From: Porphyridium purpureum | Taxonomy: Eukaryota | DNA length: 64,000 bases | Assembly (NCBI GenBank): GCA_008690995.1 | Contig: VRMN01000005.1 | Span: 620,001-684,000, forward strand | Reading direction: 5' to 3' | Part shown: piece after piece, positions 1 through 10,940 of the stretch | How positions within the stretch are numbered: position 1 is the first letter of the stretch | Layout: every line of letters starts with the position of its first letter | Made by a program: the position numbers and the translations under genes | Notes under the pieces: generated by a model | The model's input: the letters and a program-made list of their open reading frames with translations, nothing else | What the model was told of the DNA's origin: nothing | The model's database searches: none

Positions 1-111
1 CTCAAGATACAAGCAAGGTCCCGCTCTGATACCAAACAGGTGGTCTCGTTCGGGGAACGAACGGTGGCACCCAGAAGATCAGGCGCAATCTCACGGACAC
101 TAAGTAGATAA
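1..111 (+). CDS. possible 3' end of a gene entering from the left edge
   Basis: Frame 1 is open from base 1 to TAA at 109-111 (LKIQARSRSDTKQVVSFGERTVAPRRSGAISRTLSR*) and is followed by UTR-like sequence converging on UXS. Confidence 0.3.
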   Translation, partial: LKIQARSRSDTKQVVSFGERTVAPRRSGAISRTLSR

Positions 112-449
112 GAGTGATTGATTCAAAAGAGAAGAAAAGTTGTACAGTTGTGCTTCGTCTGATGCGCCGACCACTGCGTCGGTGCAAATCTTGGGCTCTT
201 CACTTTTCTGGGCGTGAAAAATCCGCAAGCAGCCGTAAACAATCATGCCCAGACGCCAACTCATGCGTTCTCTTCGTTCCGTGTCGAGATTTGCTGACCA
301 TACAATCTACCAGCCCATTTTTGTACCTTCTACTACCTGTCTTCACTGCACACTTCATACTTCCTTATTCGGGCGTCTCCGCCACTCCACAGAAAACGAT
401 GGAAAGAAAATGACAAAGAGGAAAACAAATTTCATGACAGTGTTCGGTA

Positions 450-1502
450 CTACAAGGCATTTTCAATGCGATGGCGGAAATCATCAATCATGGGCTTCAA
501 TCCCTCTCGCAGGGGCACCTTGGGCTCCCAGCCCAGTAGTGTCTTGGCCTTGGTGATGTCCGGCTGGCGCTTCATCGGGTCATCCGGCGTCGCGGGCAAA
601 AAGTTCATAGGCTGCTTGGAGCCTGTGAGCTCCAAGATCATTTCCGCGAGCTCGATCATAGTAAACTCACCCGGGTTGCCGCAGTTGATAGGCCCAGTCA
701 GGCCCGATTCAAACAGACGCACGATGCCGTCCACCAGGTCCGACACGTAGCAGAAGCTGCGCGTCTGCTTGCCGTCACCATAGATCGTGAGCGGCTCTCC
801 ACGGATCACCTGTCCCACAAAGTTGCTGACCACCCGGCCGTCATTCTCGACCATGCGCGGGCCGTACGTGTTGAAGATGCGAACAACCGCGATGTCCACG
901 TGGTGCTGGCGGTGGTAGTCGAACGCCATCGTTTCGGCAATGCGCTTGCCTTCATCGTAACATGAGCGCACGCCGATCGGGTTGACATTGCCCCAGTACT
1001 CCTCTGTTTGTGGGTGCTGCAGCGGGTCGCCGTACACCTCGGACGTGGAGGCGAGCAAGATGCGTGCGCCCGTACGCTTCGCCAGGCCCAGCATGTTCAT
1101 GGTCCCGAGCATGCTTGTCTTGAGCGTCTTAATGGCATTGTACTTGTAGTGCACCGGCGACGCCGGGCACGCAAAGTGGTAGATTGCGTCGACCTCGGCT
1201 TCGTAGGGCTGTGTGACGTCGTGCCTCACAAACTCAAAGTTTGGGTTGCTCATCAGGTGCGCGACGTTCGACTTTTTCCCCGTGAAGAGATTATCGAGGC
1301 AGATCACCTCATGGCCATCTGAAATGAGGCGGTCGCACAGGTGCGATCCGATGAAGCCCGCGCCGCCCGTGACCAGCACGCGCATGTGCTTCTTCGGGCG
1401 GTTGGGCGCGTGCTCCTGGCGCCAGCGCGCCAGCCGGTCCTGCCCATGCCCGTCCGGGTTCTGTACATCCACCACCATTGCCGCGCTCCCGTTCCCCGCC
1501 AT
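450..1502 (-). CDS. UXS: UDP-glucuronate decarboxylase (UDP-xylose synthase), soluble type
   Basis: [14 protein letters not shown]ossmann motif, [48 protein letters not shown] and [10 protein letters not shown] are typical UXS motifs. Confidence 0.97.
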   Translation of the reverse strand: MAGNGSAAMVVDVQNPDGHGQDRLARWRQEHAPNRPKKHMRVLVTGGAGFIGSHLCDRLISDGHEVICLDNLFTGKKSNVAHLMSNPNFEFVRHDVTQPYEAEVDAIYHFACPASPVHYKYNAIKTLKTSMLGTMNMLGLAKRTGARILLASTSEVYGDPLQHPQTEEYWGNVNPIGVRSCYDEGKRIAETMAFDYHRQHHVDIAVVRIFNTYGPRMVENDGRVVSNFVGQVIRGEPLTIYGDGKQTRSFCYVSDLVDGIVRLFESGLTGPINCGNPGEFTMIELAEMILELTGSKQPMNFLPATPDDPMKRQPDITKAKTLLGWEPKVPLREGLKPMIDDFRHRIENAL

Positions 1503-1640
1503 CTCTTTCTAACCCCTCCTCCTCCTCTCCACCCAAACCCCCACCCTTCCTCTTCCGTCTCCCCTCTTCCCTCTCTCCCTATCTCTCTATCTCTCCCTCT
1601 CTCTCTCTATCCTGCCCTCTTAACCCTCCTCCTCACAACC
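1502..1640. repeat. CT-rich low-complexity tract in the UXS 5' leader
   Basis: Visible polypyrimidine/(CT)n-like run directly upstream of the UXS ATG. Confidence 0.7.
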
Positions 1641-2572
1641 TCCTTGTTTGCCTTCTCCGGTCAAACCACCCAACCACACATTACACGGTCCTCCACACTT
1701 TCATAACACACACACGTCATTTTGTGATTTTCGCGGCGCGCGTGTCACCCTCAAAAGACACCAAAAACATAAAAAAGCCATTAAAATTCATTAAAGTATC
1801 TTTATAAAGCATAAAAACCATACCATTAAAACATTAAAAAAGGTCATGGTGGACACGCACTGAACCTCCCAGAATAGAGCTGTACACAGGAAAGCAAAAC
1901 GCGAGTGCGGTGCTTGGGAGATTGACAGGTCAGACGGGAACGATACGGGGAGGGTGGATGTGTCCCCGGTCGCTGTTGTGCGGGCCGTCCGGAAGGGGCG
2001 TGCGCGTACGACTGCGGCGCGCGTGACGATGCTGGTCTGGTGTCGAAGTGTGCGTGGGAGGAGCGCTGGAACAAGACACACGCGAAAGAGAACGCGGGAT
2101 GCTGGAGGAGACGCTACGCGTGCCGCATGAGGTTTGACGCGCGGCCTGTGGCCACGTCTGCTCGTGTGCACACAGACAGTGCCGGCGTCTGCGTCTGGGA
2201 CAGGGCCAGCGGCGGAAAAGGCCGGCACGTTCCGTCAGCACGGGTGCGAACACCACCGGTTCTTGCGTTGGGCACTTGCACGTCTGTTGACTGTACTAAC
2301 ATGTACTGTGAAAGCGCGCGAAAAGAATGAGAAAAAGAAAAGATTAAAAAATCAAAACGGCGCGCGAAAGTGGACGCGGATCCGAAAAGCGCGTGCGTGC
2401 GCGAGTGGCGCTGGCATACACGCGCCAAGTGGATCATGGCGCCGGTCGGATGCGGGGCTTGGAGGTGTCGCCGGGAAAGCTGGTGCTCTGCTTGTCTTCA
2501 GCACGGAGCCCCCGCGTTTGCGGACATAGTCGCGGAGAACGCCGATATAGGCGCGACGTGCGCGACAAAGAG

Positions 2573-5500
2573 ATGGGCGCGCCGGGCACAACGCGCGAGC
2601 CGCGCTTGTCGCTGGCCGTGTATGAAGATACGGATGATGACTATGAAAGCGACGCGAGGGTATTGCGTGAGTTGCGTGAAGAGCAAGACACGTCGGACGC
2701 CGACGACACAAGGGAACCCGCACATGTACTTTTGAAGAGTGCGGGCGTGAAAGCGCATGGTTCAGAGGATGAAGACCGTGCATTACATGTGCAGACAGCT
2801 GCAGCACATCTTGTGGCGCGGGACGCACCATCAGAGCGAGCGAAAACTTCTGAAGAAAACCTCCGGCGCCAGTACAGAGCAACAGGACTGGATTCAGACC
2901 CGAGTCACGGAGCCGGCTCCGATGGGCGCGAGGATGACGCTATTGTGCTGCGCGATGAGCCTGACGAAGAGGAGCGCCTGCTGAAGGCTTTGAAGCAGAG
3001 CAAAGTCGCGGTATCAGGTCTGCGGGGGGATCAGGAAAAGCAAAAAAGCTCGCGCGATGCTGCGCATCAGAATCGCGCTGGTCCAGCGCACGAGGCCTGG
3101 AGCTCGCAAAGTGCATCGAGAGGTGATTCACCGCGTGTCTCGGGCAAACCCGTGAAGCAGCTGCATACACAACCGCGCTTTTCATCGTTATCACCCGAGC
3201 CAGCGGCACCTCGTGGCACTGGAGCCTTTCTGCACGTGTTCCAAGATGTATCTGACGACGAGAATGTGCCGGGGCAAACCCATCTGCGAGAGGCAGGGCC
3301 AAGTGACGAGCTAGATGGAAGTGAAAGCGAAAGGAAGGATGACATTCATCGCAAGCAGAAGAAAGTTGACTCAGCGGTGGCGACGGCACTCAAACCCTCG
3401 CTGCGGGTTTTACGTCAGAATACTTCCGATGACGGCGAGCAAGTCGCGTCATCGGATGATGGCACTGATTTCGAGTTTTCCGCGGCAAGGCGTAAACCAA
3501 AACAACGTCACCGCTCGCGCTCGTCTGCGCACTTCATTTTGGACGACGAAGAAGTAGGGGATAATGAAGAAGAGGCGGGCTTCGAAGACGACATGGCAGT
3601 CTCTGCCCACGCCGCACCCAGCATCCCAAATCAGACAGCAGCTGAGTTGCTACGAGAAACCTTTCAAGTGCTGCGACAGGAGCCTGTCTCGCTCCAGTTC
3701 CGGCGCGCAAGTCCGGCGCCCGATGATGGTGTCGCAAATGGTCGTGTTTCTGCATTGGACCGCGTCCGCAGTCGTCTCGAGTCCCGCAGGCGGGAGGAAG
3801 ACCTTCGCAATGCGAACATACAATTCAAGCACAAACTTACCTACAGAAGGCCAACGCCTCGCGGCTTGGGGCATTTGCTCGAACACGCTCACGAGCAAGC
3901 CCGCACGGATGATCTGGAGATGATTGGTTCGCAGGCGTCAGAACATGATGACGACCAAGAGAGCTTGATTGTGATTCCGCCACGGAAGAAGCTGTCACCT
4001 CGAAAGCAGCGCAAGCAGATGCGCGAAAGACTGCTTCAGAAAGCAATGGAGCGCACGCTGGACGGCACAGACGTCGACCAAGGCCATGACTCTCATTTGG
4101 ATCTGGATCTGGATCACGACTCTCAGCTCAAATCAGAGGCGTCTGAAGAAGAGCGAGCAGATCATGACGCAGAAACGGATGATGACGAGCTGGTTCCTGC
4201 ACAAGATGCAGGCAATACTGACCATGAAGAAACGGAGCGGCAGGATGACATCAACGTGCAAGAAAAGGAGGCTGTGGAGCACGGAAGCAAGGATACCGAT
4301 GAGCAAAAGCATGCCATGATAGCTCGTGAAACCTTTGTGCTGCCCGGACACAGTCCAGCTGTCGATCAGGAGCACACTCGAAATGAGAAGAGCAGCTTAG
4401 GACCGGAAAATGACGCTCCCATTCAGCTTCATCGTGGCGAGGAGGCCGGCAATGCATCCAACGAGACCAATTCACCGCGTCGGTCTCAAGGCCGATCCTG
4501 TTCTCAACACAGAAATGACCTTGAGCTCAGCGAGACTTCGTGTCTGCAGCAACCCGTTCTACGAACGTATGCTCGCGCAGGAGCCCATGCAAGTACCGAT
4601 GGTGCAGGCGGACAGGACGCATCCAAGAGCACGTTGGAGCAACGAAAGCATTGTGCCACCTATGCTGGTCAAAACGCACACAAATCCGCTGTATTGGATT
4701 CCCTCTTGGAGAACGAAGCATCGGAAGAGGGCGCAAGCGATGCACCGGAAAGCACGGCCGATGAGCGCGAGCTAGACGACGACGACGCGCTGCGCCGCGA
4801 AATGGGCTCTTTTGTGGTCCCCACGGGAGAGCTCGACGCGCTCGAGCAGTCCGACTCTGGAGAAACGCACGCTTACAAGGCATATGTTCGGGACCTGATC
4901 AAAGGCAGTGAGAGAAGAGAAAAAGACAGTGCCGCCGACGATAGCGACTATGATGACAACCACGATGCCGGCGAAGAGGCGTCACTTCGACATGAAGGCT
5001 CGAGGCGAGGCCGTTGGGCAGCGTCGGGGTTTCGAGAGATCGCCACTGCGGCTGAGAACCACGCCCACCAGATATCGACTGAACTCAAGCCTGGGCGGAG
5101 GCCCGATGAATTTGAATTCTTTGCGTTGGACGGGCTCAGTGAGGAAGAGGAGGAGCACGGTCGAACGGCCAAGTGTAAGCGCAAACGCGCGCGTGCATTT
5201 GCCCTTGAACGACAACAGCGCAATGCACGCGTGCGCGTACTCTCATCGGCCCGTACGGATGCTCCACAGCAACGGCACCCACGAATAGATCACGGCGATG
5301 TGCGCGCGACCGAGGAGCGAATGGATTTCTTGGATATGCACACTTCTGCATCATTGCCGCTTGAGACATCCTTGAATGCAATTGACAAGACTCATATTGA
5401 GTCAGCAGCATTACGGCGCAAAATGTCTCGCAAAGAAACCAGTGCTGGGCTTGAGAGCCTTTCCGTCAGGAATCGTGCGCGCTCTGCAAACGTCAGTAGT

Positions 5501-5731
5501 GGGAAGCAGTCGTCAACGGCCTTTGAACTGAACCGCATGCGATCAACAAGCATATTCAACTCACGCGGAAACGCTGCAAACAGTGTTCTTGGTGCATCTG
5601 ATGGAAACAATGTATCAGCCTTTCATGACGCAGCAATCAAGCTCCCAGTCGGAAGCGTCAATGCTTTGAAACGGCCCCCGAGGGGAGGCCTCCAGTACGT
5701 CCTGACCACCAAGAAGACACGTAAGTTTTAG
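2573..5731 (+). CDS. large acidic, disordered nuclear protein, possibly Claspin/Mrc1-like
   Basis: Open frame of more than 1000 codons (ORF track starts at 2393 on GTG; ATG at 2573 preferred). D/E-rich, with an LLENEASEE...DDDD...SFVV segment like the Mrc1 domain and basic NLS-like patches. Confidence 0.55.
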   Translation: MGAPGTTREPRLSLAVYEDTDDDYESDARVLRELREEQDTSDADDTREPAHVLLKSAGVKAHGSEDEDRALHVQTAAAHLVARDAPSERAKTSEENLRRQYRATGLDSDPSHGAGSDGREDDAIVLRDEPDEEERLLKALKQSKVAVSGLRGDQEKQKSSRDAAHQNRAGPAHEAWSSQSASRGDSPRVSGKPVKQLHTQPRFSSLSPEPAAPRGTGAFLHVFQDVSDDENVPGQTHLREAGPSDELDGSESERKDDIHRKQKKVDSAVATALKPSLRVLRQNTSDDGEQVASSDDGTDFEFSAARRKPKQRHRSRSSAHFILDDEEVGDNEEEAGFEDDMAVSAHAAPSIPNQTAAELLRETFQVLRQEPVSLQFRRASPAPDDGVANGRVSALDRVRSRLESRRREEDLRNANIQFKHKLTYRRPTPRGLGHLLEHAHEQARTDDLEMIGSQASEHDDDQESLIVIPPRKKLSPRKQRKQMRERLLQKAMERTLDGTDVDQGHDSHLDLDLDHDSQLKSEASEEERADHDAETDDDELVPAQDAGNTDHEETERQDDINVQEKEAVEHGSKDTDEQKHAMIARETFVLPGHSPAVDQEHTRNEKSSLGPENDAPIQLHRGEEAGNASNETNSPRRSQGRSCSQHRNDLELSETSCLQQPVLRTYARAGAHASTDGAGGQDASKSTLEQRKHCATYAGQNAHKSAVLDSLLENEASEEGASDAPESTADERELDDDDALRREMGSFVVPTGELDALEQSDSGETHAYKAYVRDLIKGSERREKDSAADDSDYDDNHDAGEEASLRHEGSRRGRWAASGFREIATAAENHAHQISTELKPGRRPDEFEFFALDGLSEEEEEHGRTAKCKRKRARAFALERQQRNARVRVLSSARTDAPQQRHPRIDHGDVRATEERMDFLDMHTSASLPLETSLNAIDKTHIESAALRRKMSRKETSAGLESLSVRNRARSANVSSGKQSSTAFELNRMRSTSIFNSRGNAANSVLGASDGNNVSAFHDAAIKLPVGSVNALKRPPRGGLQYVLTTKKTRKF

Positions 5732-5956
5732 ACCGACAGGCGAATGAGTGCCGCACTTGCATTTCTCAAGGCCTCGGATCCAGATGTAAAGGTAAAGGAA
5801 GACAGGAGGTTCCGAGTTCTTAGATAAAGGGGCGGGTGCCTCGTGATTGACTTTGCAAGGGCAGGTGCTCTGATCTTCCAGTCCCGGCTAATCGTCCCAT
5901 ACACGTCTTAATCGATAAGTGAAGGCCAGACCTACGCAGGCAATCTCGTGCTCCTG

Positions 5957-6838
5957 CTACGACATAGAGGTAGGCGGCGGCGGCATTGGTGGCATCACCC
6001 GCACTGCCAGAATTTGCGACAAGGTCTGTTCGAGGTACGTAAGGCGATCGTCAAATAAGCCTAGGAACTGCTTGACCGAGTACACATCTTCTGAAAGCTG
6101 AGAAACTTTCTGCTCAATTCCAGCCGTGGTATGCGCCGACGTTCCCACTGAATCCTTTTCGATCGCGCGAGTATGCTTGCGCCGCTTAGTCTCTTGGCCT
6201 CTCTCTGAATCTTCCGGGTCTTCATGTCCTGTGGAACGTCGAGAACTTTCTCCGTTGCCGAATTTACTGCTCTCTGCGCTCGGGTCATAAGCCAAGCCGC
6301 CTCCAATGGGGAATCGTTTGACCGCATCCATGTTGAGGACAAAATGCCACAGTTTGCCATCGTTCCGCAGACATGTCACGACGCCCAGCGATGCGCGGCA
6401 TGATGCGCAAAGCAAGGTGCGTGGCAGAGCCTCGGCCGAAGTGGAATTCGATTGCGGAGCTATCGGCATGTGCGCTGGGTGAACACGCGGATCGAGACCT
6501 GGTGGCTCGACGCTCACGTTCCAAGCACGGCGAAGCGCCAGCACCTGGTCTCCATGCCGGTTTAACGGTACGATGGGAGCATTTCGATTCGGGCTTCTTT
6601 GATCATTCTGCGACGCGCTTGCTTGATTCAGAGCCCGCTGCTCGCCTGCGGCTGAAGGCGGAAGCTGCTTGCCGGGCATTAGTCTGCGATGTACTGGTTC
6701 GCTCCATTGTTCGCTATGTGACGTGCTTGTGTCGCCTAGCAAGACGCCGCACTCGGCGCAAACCACGACTTCCAGTCTACCCGGAGCGGTTGCATGCTCT
6801 GCCCCATCTGGCGTATTCCCTGCGCACGACGAACTCAT
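5957..6838 (-). CDS. Yippee/Mis18 zinc-binding domain protein with C-terminal coiled coil (Mis18-like)
   Basis: Paired CxxC motifs (VVCAECGVLLGDT, LLCASCRASLGVV) plus heptad C-terminus (IEQKVSQLSEDVYSVKQFL...LTYLEQTL). Confidence 0.75.
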   Translation of the reverse strand: MSSSCAGNTPDGAEHATAPGRLEVVVCAECGVLLGDTSTSHSEQWSEPVHRRLMPGKQLPPSAAGEQRALNQASASQNDQRSPNRNAPIVPLNRHGDQVLALRRAWNVSVEPPGLDPRVHPAHMPIAPQSNSTSAEALPRTLLCASCRASLGVVTCLRNDGKLWHFVLNMDAVKRFPIGGGLAYDPSAESSKFGNGESSRRSTGHEDPEDSERGQETKRRKHTRAIEKDSVGTSAHTTAGIEQKVSQLSEDVYSVKQFLGLFDDRLTYLEQTLSQILAVRVMPPMPPPPTSMS

Positions 6839-7055
6839 TTCGCCTAGCGTAGCTTCTCGACTCAACGACTTGCATCATATATTTATGATGATCGTGAAGT
6901 AGTGGCCAAGCAAACAGAACTGACAGGACTTTGATCGCTTTTCGCGCGTGTGTCTGCGTGTGTTTACGAGGGGCATAATCGTCGAACGCGCCGTCTCGTG
7001 CACGGAACAGATCCTAGCCTGGAGCTCCCCGAGGCGATCTTCTGCGCGCGGCAGA

Positions 7056-8339
7056 ATGATCACGAACGCGATGAACTTGGCGCCCGCAAGTACCGGCCTT
7101 GCCACTGTGTTGGTGTTCTTGCTTGTGGTGCACGGTCCCATGAAGGCGTCCGGCAGCCAGGCTGCATTTCCAGAGCCGAGCCAAAAGCTCCTCTCTAACT
7201 CTGACTCGCATGCACACTGTGCCAGATCGATGAGGGAGAGCGATGGGTTTATTTGTGAGCGTGACGCGTTGTGGGAAATCGAAAAGCAGGCGGCGCGGCG
7301 CATGGCATTCAAGCAGGCGGAGCCTTTCAGCTTGATGTGCAGAGGCACATTCAGTGACCGTGTGCCCTACGCCTATGGGTTTCTGAACGCCATCAATTGG
7401 TACGAAATGTATTGGGAACCGGAACTGAGCTGCGTCAAGGAGCGTGTCGGGATTGCAGGCGACGGAGGCAAGTACGTGTGCCATACAGATAGCCTTGCCC
7501 CAGGAAAGCCGTGCTTGGTGTACAGTGCCGGGTCGAATAATGATTTTTCCTTTGAAGATGCTGTGCACGCGATTTGGCCCCACTGTGAGATCCACACGTT
7601 CGATCCAACGCTCATAAGCCGTGGCCTGGAAGTGAAGAATCAGCCGTACGTGAACTTCCACCCGTGGGGTCTGGGTGGGTCGAATGACCCGGCTCGAATG
7701 TTTTTCACGCTCAGTGAGGCGATGCGTCGTCTAGGCCATGAAGGCCGCGAAATTACAATTTTCAAGGTGGACATCGAACATTCTGAATATCCTGCATTTG
7801 AGGCGATGGAACGCGAGGGATCGTTTCCCTTCCAACAATTGCTGATTGAGGTACACAATCCCAAAAAGAACGGCCAGCTCTTTTTGACGCTGCGCAATAA
7901 TGGATTCGCCATATTTAGCAAAGAAACAAACTACTTCACAACGCAGTGCATGGAGTATGTGTTTGGCCGCGTGGGTCGTGCTTTCTTCGAAATCATTGAC
8001 GACCCGCTGGTAGTGAGGGGGTATCAGTGCAACGCGAGCGTCATTACTGCCGGAAAAGCGTACCCCGGCGCAAGAGATCAATCGCGTCCGAGTGCTGCTC
8101 CCCGCCCACAATACGACGGCAATTCGCAAAACAAAGACTCACGAGGACCCAGCCTCATCGAGCTAGAAGCAGAGCTCGCTGGAAAGCGAAAGCGTCTGGA
8201 TGACGTGAATGATCGCTTGACCAAAGTGCCAGATCCGTCGCATGCGGCACAAATCAGATCACAGATCGTTCAACTGCAGAAAGATGTCGGCAATCTTGAG
8301 CAGCGGATCGTCGCTTTGAAATCCCATCTACGCATGTGA
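7056..8339 (+). CDS. membrane-anchored/secretory methyltransferase (Methyltransf_22, METTL24/FkbM-like)
   Basis: N-terminal hydrophobic segment; RVGIAGDGGKYVC, CLVYSAGSNNDFSFE, CEIHTFDPT, IFKVDIEHSEY and QLLIEVH motifs; coiled-coil tail. Confidence 0.85.
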   Translation: MITNAMNLAPASTGLATVLVFLLVVHGPMKASGSQAAFPEPSQKLLSNSDSHAHCARSMRESDGFICERDALWEIEKQAARRMAFKQAEPFSLMCRGTFSDRVPYAYGFLNAINWYEMYWEPELSCVKERVGIAGDGGKYVCHTDSLAPGKPCLVYSAGSNNDFSFEDAVHAIWPHCEIHTFDPTLISRGLEVKNQPYVNFHPWGLGGSNDPARMFFTLSEAMRRLGHEGREITIFKVDIEHSEYPAFEAMEREGSFPFQQLLIEVHNPKKNGQLFLTLRNNGFAIFSKETNYFTTQCMEYVFGRVGRAFFEIIDDPLVVRGYQCNASVITAGKAYPGARDQSRPSAAPRPQYDGNSQNKDSRGPSLIELEAELAGKRKRLDDVNDRLTKVPDPSHAAQIRSQIVQLQKDVGNLEQRIVALKSHLRM

Positions 8340-8455
8340 TTCCAGTTCAGTACTGGAATGGTGAGCTCATCTACCTTGTCCTTATTTCGGAGCATCCAGC
8401 GTAGGAACTCGGGGACACCACGAACCGGATGCATGCATGGCATAAGAACTCCTTT

Positions 8456-9589
8456 TCATTTCGATGGGGGGTTTCGTAGAGGCGCGCTCGTACCCAGCGT
8501 TATGAAAATATCTGGAAGATGCTCAGCGTACAGACGAGGGGTGAATGACTGCTCCTGCTTCGGACATCCGTCGCGAGGTCGCGTGATTTGGGGTACATCG
8601 TACGCTGATTTCGCGATTGTATGCTTAAAGACTGCACTGCTAACCTCAGCAGAAACGTGGTGTGCAAAGATAAAATGATCGCAAAATTGAGCGTAATCCT
8701 GCAGGTGAGATACATTGTCGCTTGGTTCGTGCATGTAGGACGTCAAGTAACCTTGCTGCGCGTCAAGGCGCTTTTGGTCATCAAATATGGTAAGCTGAAG
8801 TATCCAAGCGAGCAGCCCAAAATTCCAAGCTAGCGTCACATCCTCATCAAAGGGTAGCAATTTCATGGCGGCCTCGTCGCTCAACAACTTGACAACATCC
8901 TGCGAGAATAGCATGAAGTTTTCGTCCGCGCGGTGACCCCCGCGCTTGCACCAAAATCGGCCCCAAAAGAAGGCGCGGTCGGGTCGCTGGTTGAGCTCAT
9001 ACAACAAGCGATGCAAGCAAAGAAAAACATCATCGTCCATCTTGAGCAGATAGTCGAACTGATAGTGTGTCACACTCCAGTTCAATTGAAAGAGGGCTCG
9101 TCGACCGAACGCATTCTTCTTATAATTCCCGTAACCCGATTCAATGCGCTGAAAGACAAGGTCCTTATGAGTATCCTGCTCCTCCTCGAGCTGTCGAGCG
9201 AGCTCGCGTTTACTTTCCAGCGACATACTGGAATCATTGGTGCGTGAGCCGCGCTGATCATTCTTCACGATCACATCGGGATGATCCGTGAAAAAGCGAT
9301 ATTCGACCAGATCCTCTCCTGGCGGAATCCAGGATAACCATCCGCGTCGCGCAGCGTCCCGAATCGCGCGATGACTGGGAGACGATCCTATACAGACCAT
9401 GAGCTTTCGCGCCGGCAGGTGCTCGGGCCGCGCGGCGCGATCCGCGACGATATCAATGACGGCTCTCACCTTGCTTCGCGTGCCATCCGCCATGTGCAGG
9501 CCACCAATGACGGCCAAGACCAGCACGGCGGCCAGCAGCAGAAGCACGGACACCCATACCGTCCGCTGCGACGTCGAGCGTCGACACAT
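8456..9589 (-). CDS. GT31 beta-1,3-galactosyltransferase-family glycosyltransferase, type II membrane
   Basis: N-terminal TM; RAIRDAARRGW, LEEEQDTHKDL, FDYLLKMDDDVF (DxD) and DEDVTL motifs. Confidence 0.85.
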   Translation of the reverse strand: MCRRSTSQRTVWVSVLLLLAAVLVLAVIGGLHMADGTRSKVRAVIDIVADRAARPEHLPARKLMVCIGSSPSHRAIRDAARRGWLSWIPPGEDLVEYRFFTDHPDVIVKNDQRGSRTNDSSMSLESKRELARQLEEEQDTHKDLVFQRIESGYGNYKKNAFGRRALFQLNWSVTHYQFDYLLKMDDDVFLCLHRLLYELNQRPDRAFFWGRFWCKRGGHRADENFMLFSQDVVKLLSDEAAMKLLPFDEDVTLAWNFGLLAWILQLTIFDDQKRLDAQQGYLTSYMHEPSDNVSHLQDYAQFCDHFIFAHHVSAEVSSAVFKHTIAKSAYDVPQITRPRDGCPKQEQSFTPRLYAEHLPDIFITLGTSAPLRNPPSK

Positions 9590-9977
9590 CCTTCGTAGTC
9601 ACACCATCAGCTACCGCGACGCACATTCGCACAACCTTGCCAACCACCTCAATGCCGCATCACATTGCAATATACCATTGCATCTGAATGCGGCATTTCA
9701 CTACTTCGGTCCGAACCAATAACGCCGCGGTACAGTGTCCCGTGCAGCGCAAAAGAAGTACAGTGAATCCATTCTCGCATTACATCTCTGTATTAAAGTA
9801 GCACCCTTTGGACAAGCCGTTTATGCACATTGCAATGGAATGCGGCATTGTAACGGCACCCGCGCGCGTCCAGCATCTGCGGGCTGTGAACTAGCTTTTG
9901 ATGGTGGAGACGAGCGAGAGATCCAGAGAGACACGCACAGGTGGTGTGGTGGACGGCTGCGTGAAGGGAGAGGAAGC

Positions 9978-10940
9978 ATGGTCCGCGTGGGCGCGTGGAT
10001 CGCGCCAAGATGGGCGCTGCTGGTGGGCGTTGTTCTGGTGTTGAGCGCGCTGCTGGCGTCACAGTGCTCGGCGCGTCCATACCCGCACGTCAACCGCGTA
10101 AAGCTGGAAAAGATGCACCCCACGCAGGTTCGTCCGCTGGGAACAGGAAATCCACGGAACAACGGCTTCCAGATGTACTCCAAGATGAGAAAGTACTATG
10201 CATGTGTGTACCCCAAGGCAGGCTGCACCAGCTGGACATACTACTTGCGCTACATGCACCAGGGCGAATCGGCGCCCAGGAAAAATTGGACCAAGCATGA
10301 CGATGAGCAGCACGACCTCTTCTTCTTCCGCGGGAACAGGATGAAAGAGACTCGCGCGTTCATGATGAGCAAGAGCGATGAGTATTTCGGCTTTGCCGTC
10401 GTGCGGCATCCTTGGTTTCGGCTCGTTTCTGCATTCCGATCCAAGTACGAAGATGTGTGCGCGTACAGCCGTGACTGCTTCAAGACCATGTGGAAGCTGC
10501 CGCCTCTAGGACAGAGATCGGGCCGCGTGACCTTTCACGAGTTTGTTCAGGTGGTGCACAAGCTGGCAAAGAAGGATGTCATGTTGCTCAACGAGCATTT
10601 CTTGCCCGCCTACTTGCAGTGTGACTTTGACCAGCTGTCCTACGACTTTATAGCAGACCTAGAAAATGTCACCGAGACCCGATATATTGCGAAGCGTATT
10701 GGATTCCCGGTCATGTTTGATGAATTGACGATACCAGACGGCACCAGCATCGAGCGGATGCACGAAGTCTTTCTGTGCAACGAGACGACTGTGCAGTTGG
10801 CTCAGGAAGTGTACAAAAAGGATACCTATCTTCTTGAGTACAAGTGGGATGAGCCCATACAAGCATGCCGTGACTACGGTCGAACGCGCTTGCCGCGCGA
10901 CGACGACGAAGCAAAAGGCGTGCGCTTTGCTGACTACTGA
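9978..10940 (+). CDS. carbohydrate sulfotransferase (Sulfotransfer_2, CHST/HNK-1-like)
   Basis: Signal anchor; 5'-PSB motif CVYPKAGCTSW, 3'-PB motif FAVVRHPWFRLVSAF, plus NEHFLP, YDFIADLEN and YKKD. Confidence 0.9.
   Translation: MVRVGAWIAPRWALLVGVVLVLSALLASQCSARPYPHVNRVKLEKMHPTQVRPLGTGNPRNNGFQMYSKMRKYYACVYPKAGCTSWTYYLRYMHQGESAPRKNWTKHDDEQHDLFFFRGNRMKETRAFMMSKSDEYFGFAVVRHPWFRLVSAFRSKYEDVCAYSRDCFKTMWKLPPLGQRSGRVTFHEFVQVVHKLAKKDVMLLNEHFLPAYLQCDFDQLSYDFIADLENVTETRYIAKRIGFPVMFDELTIPDGTSIERMHEVFLCNETTVQLAQEVYKKDTYLLEYKWDEPIQACRDYGRTRLPRDDDEAKGVRFADY

Noticed and set aside
23..34. GCTCTGATACCA, the exact complement of a tRNA-iMet primer-binding site (equal to the tRNA 3' end)
   Set aside because: No adjacent TG LTR edge and no T-loop upstream; it lies inside an open frame, so it is probably chance.
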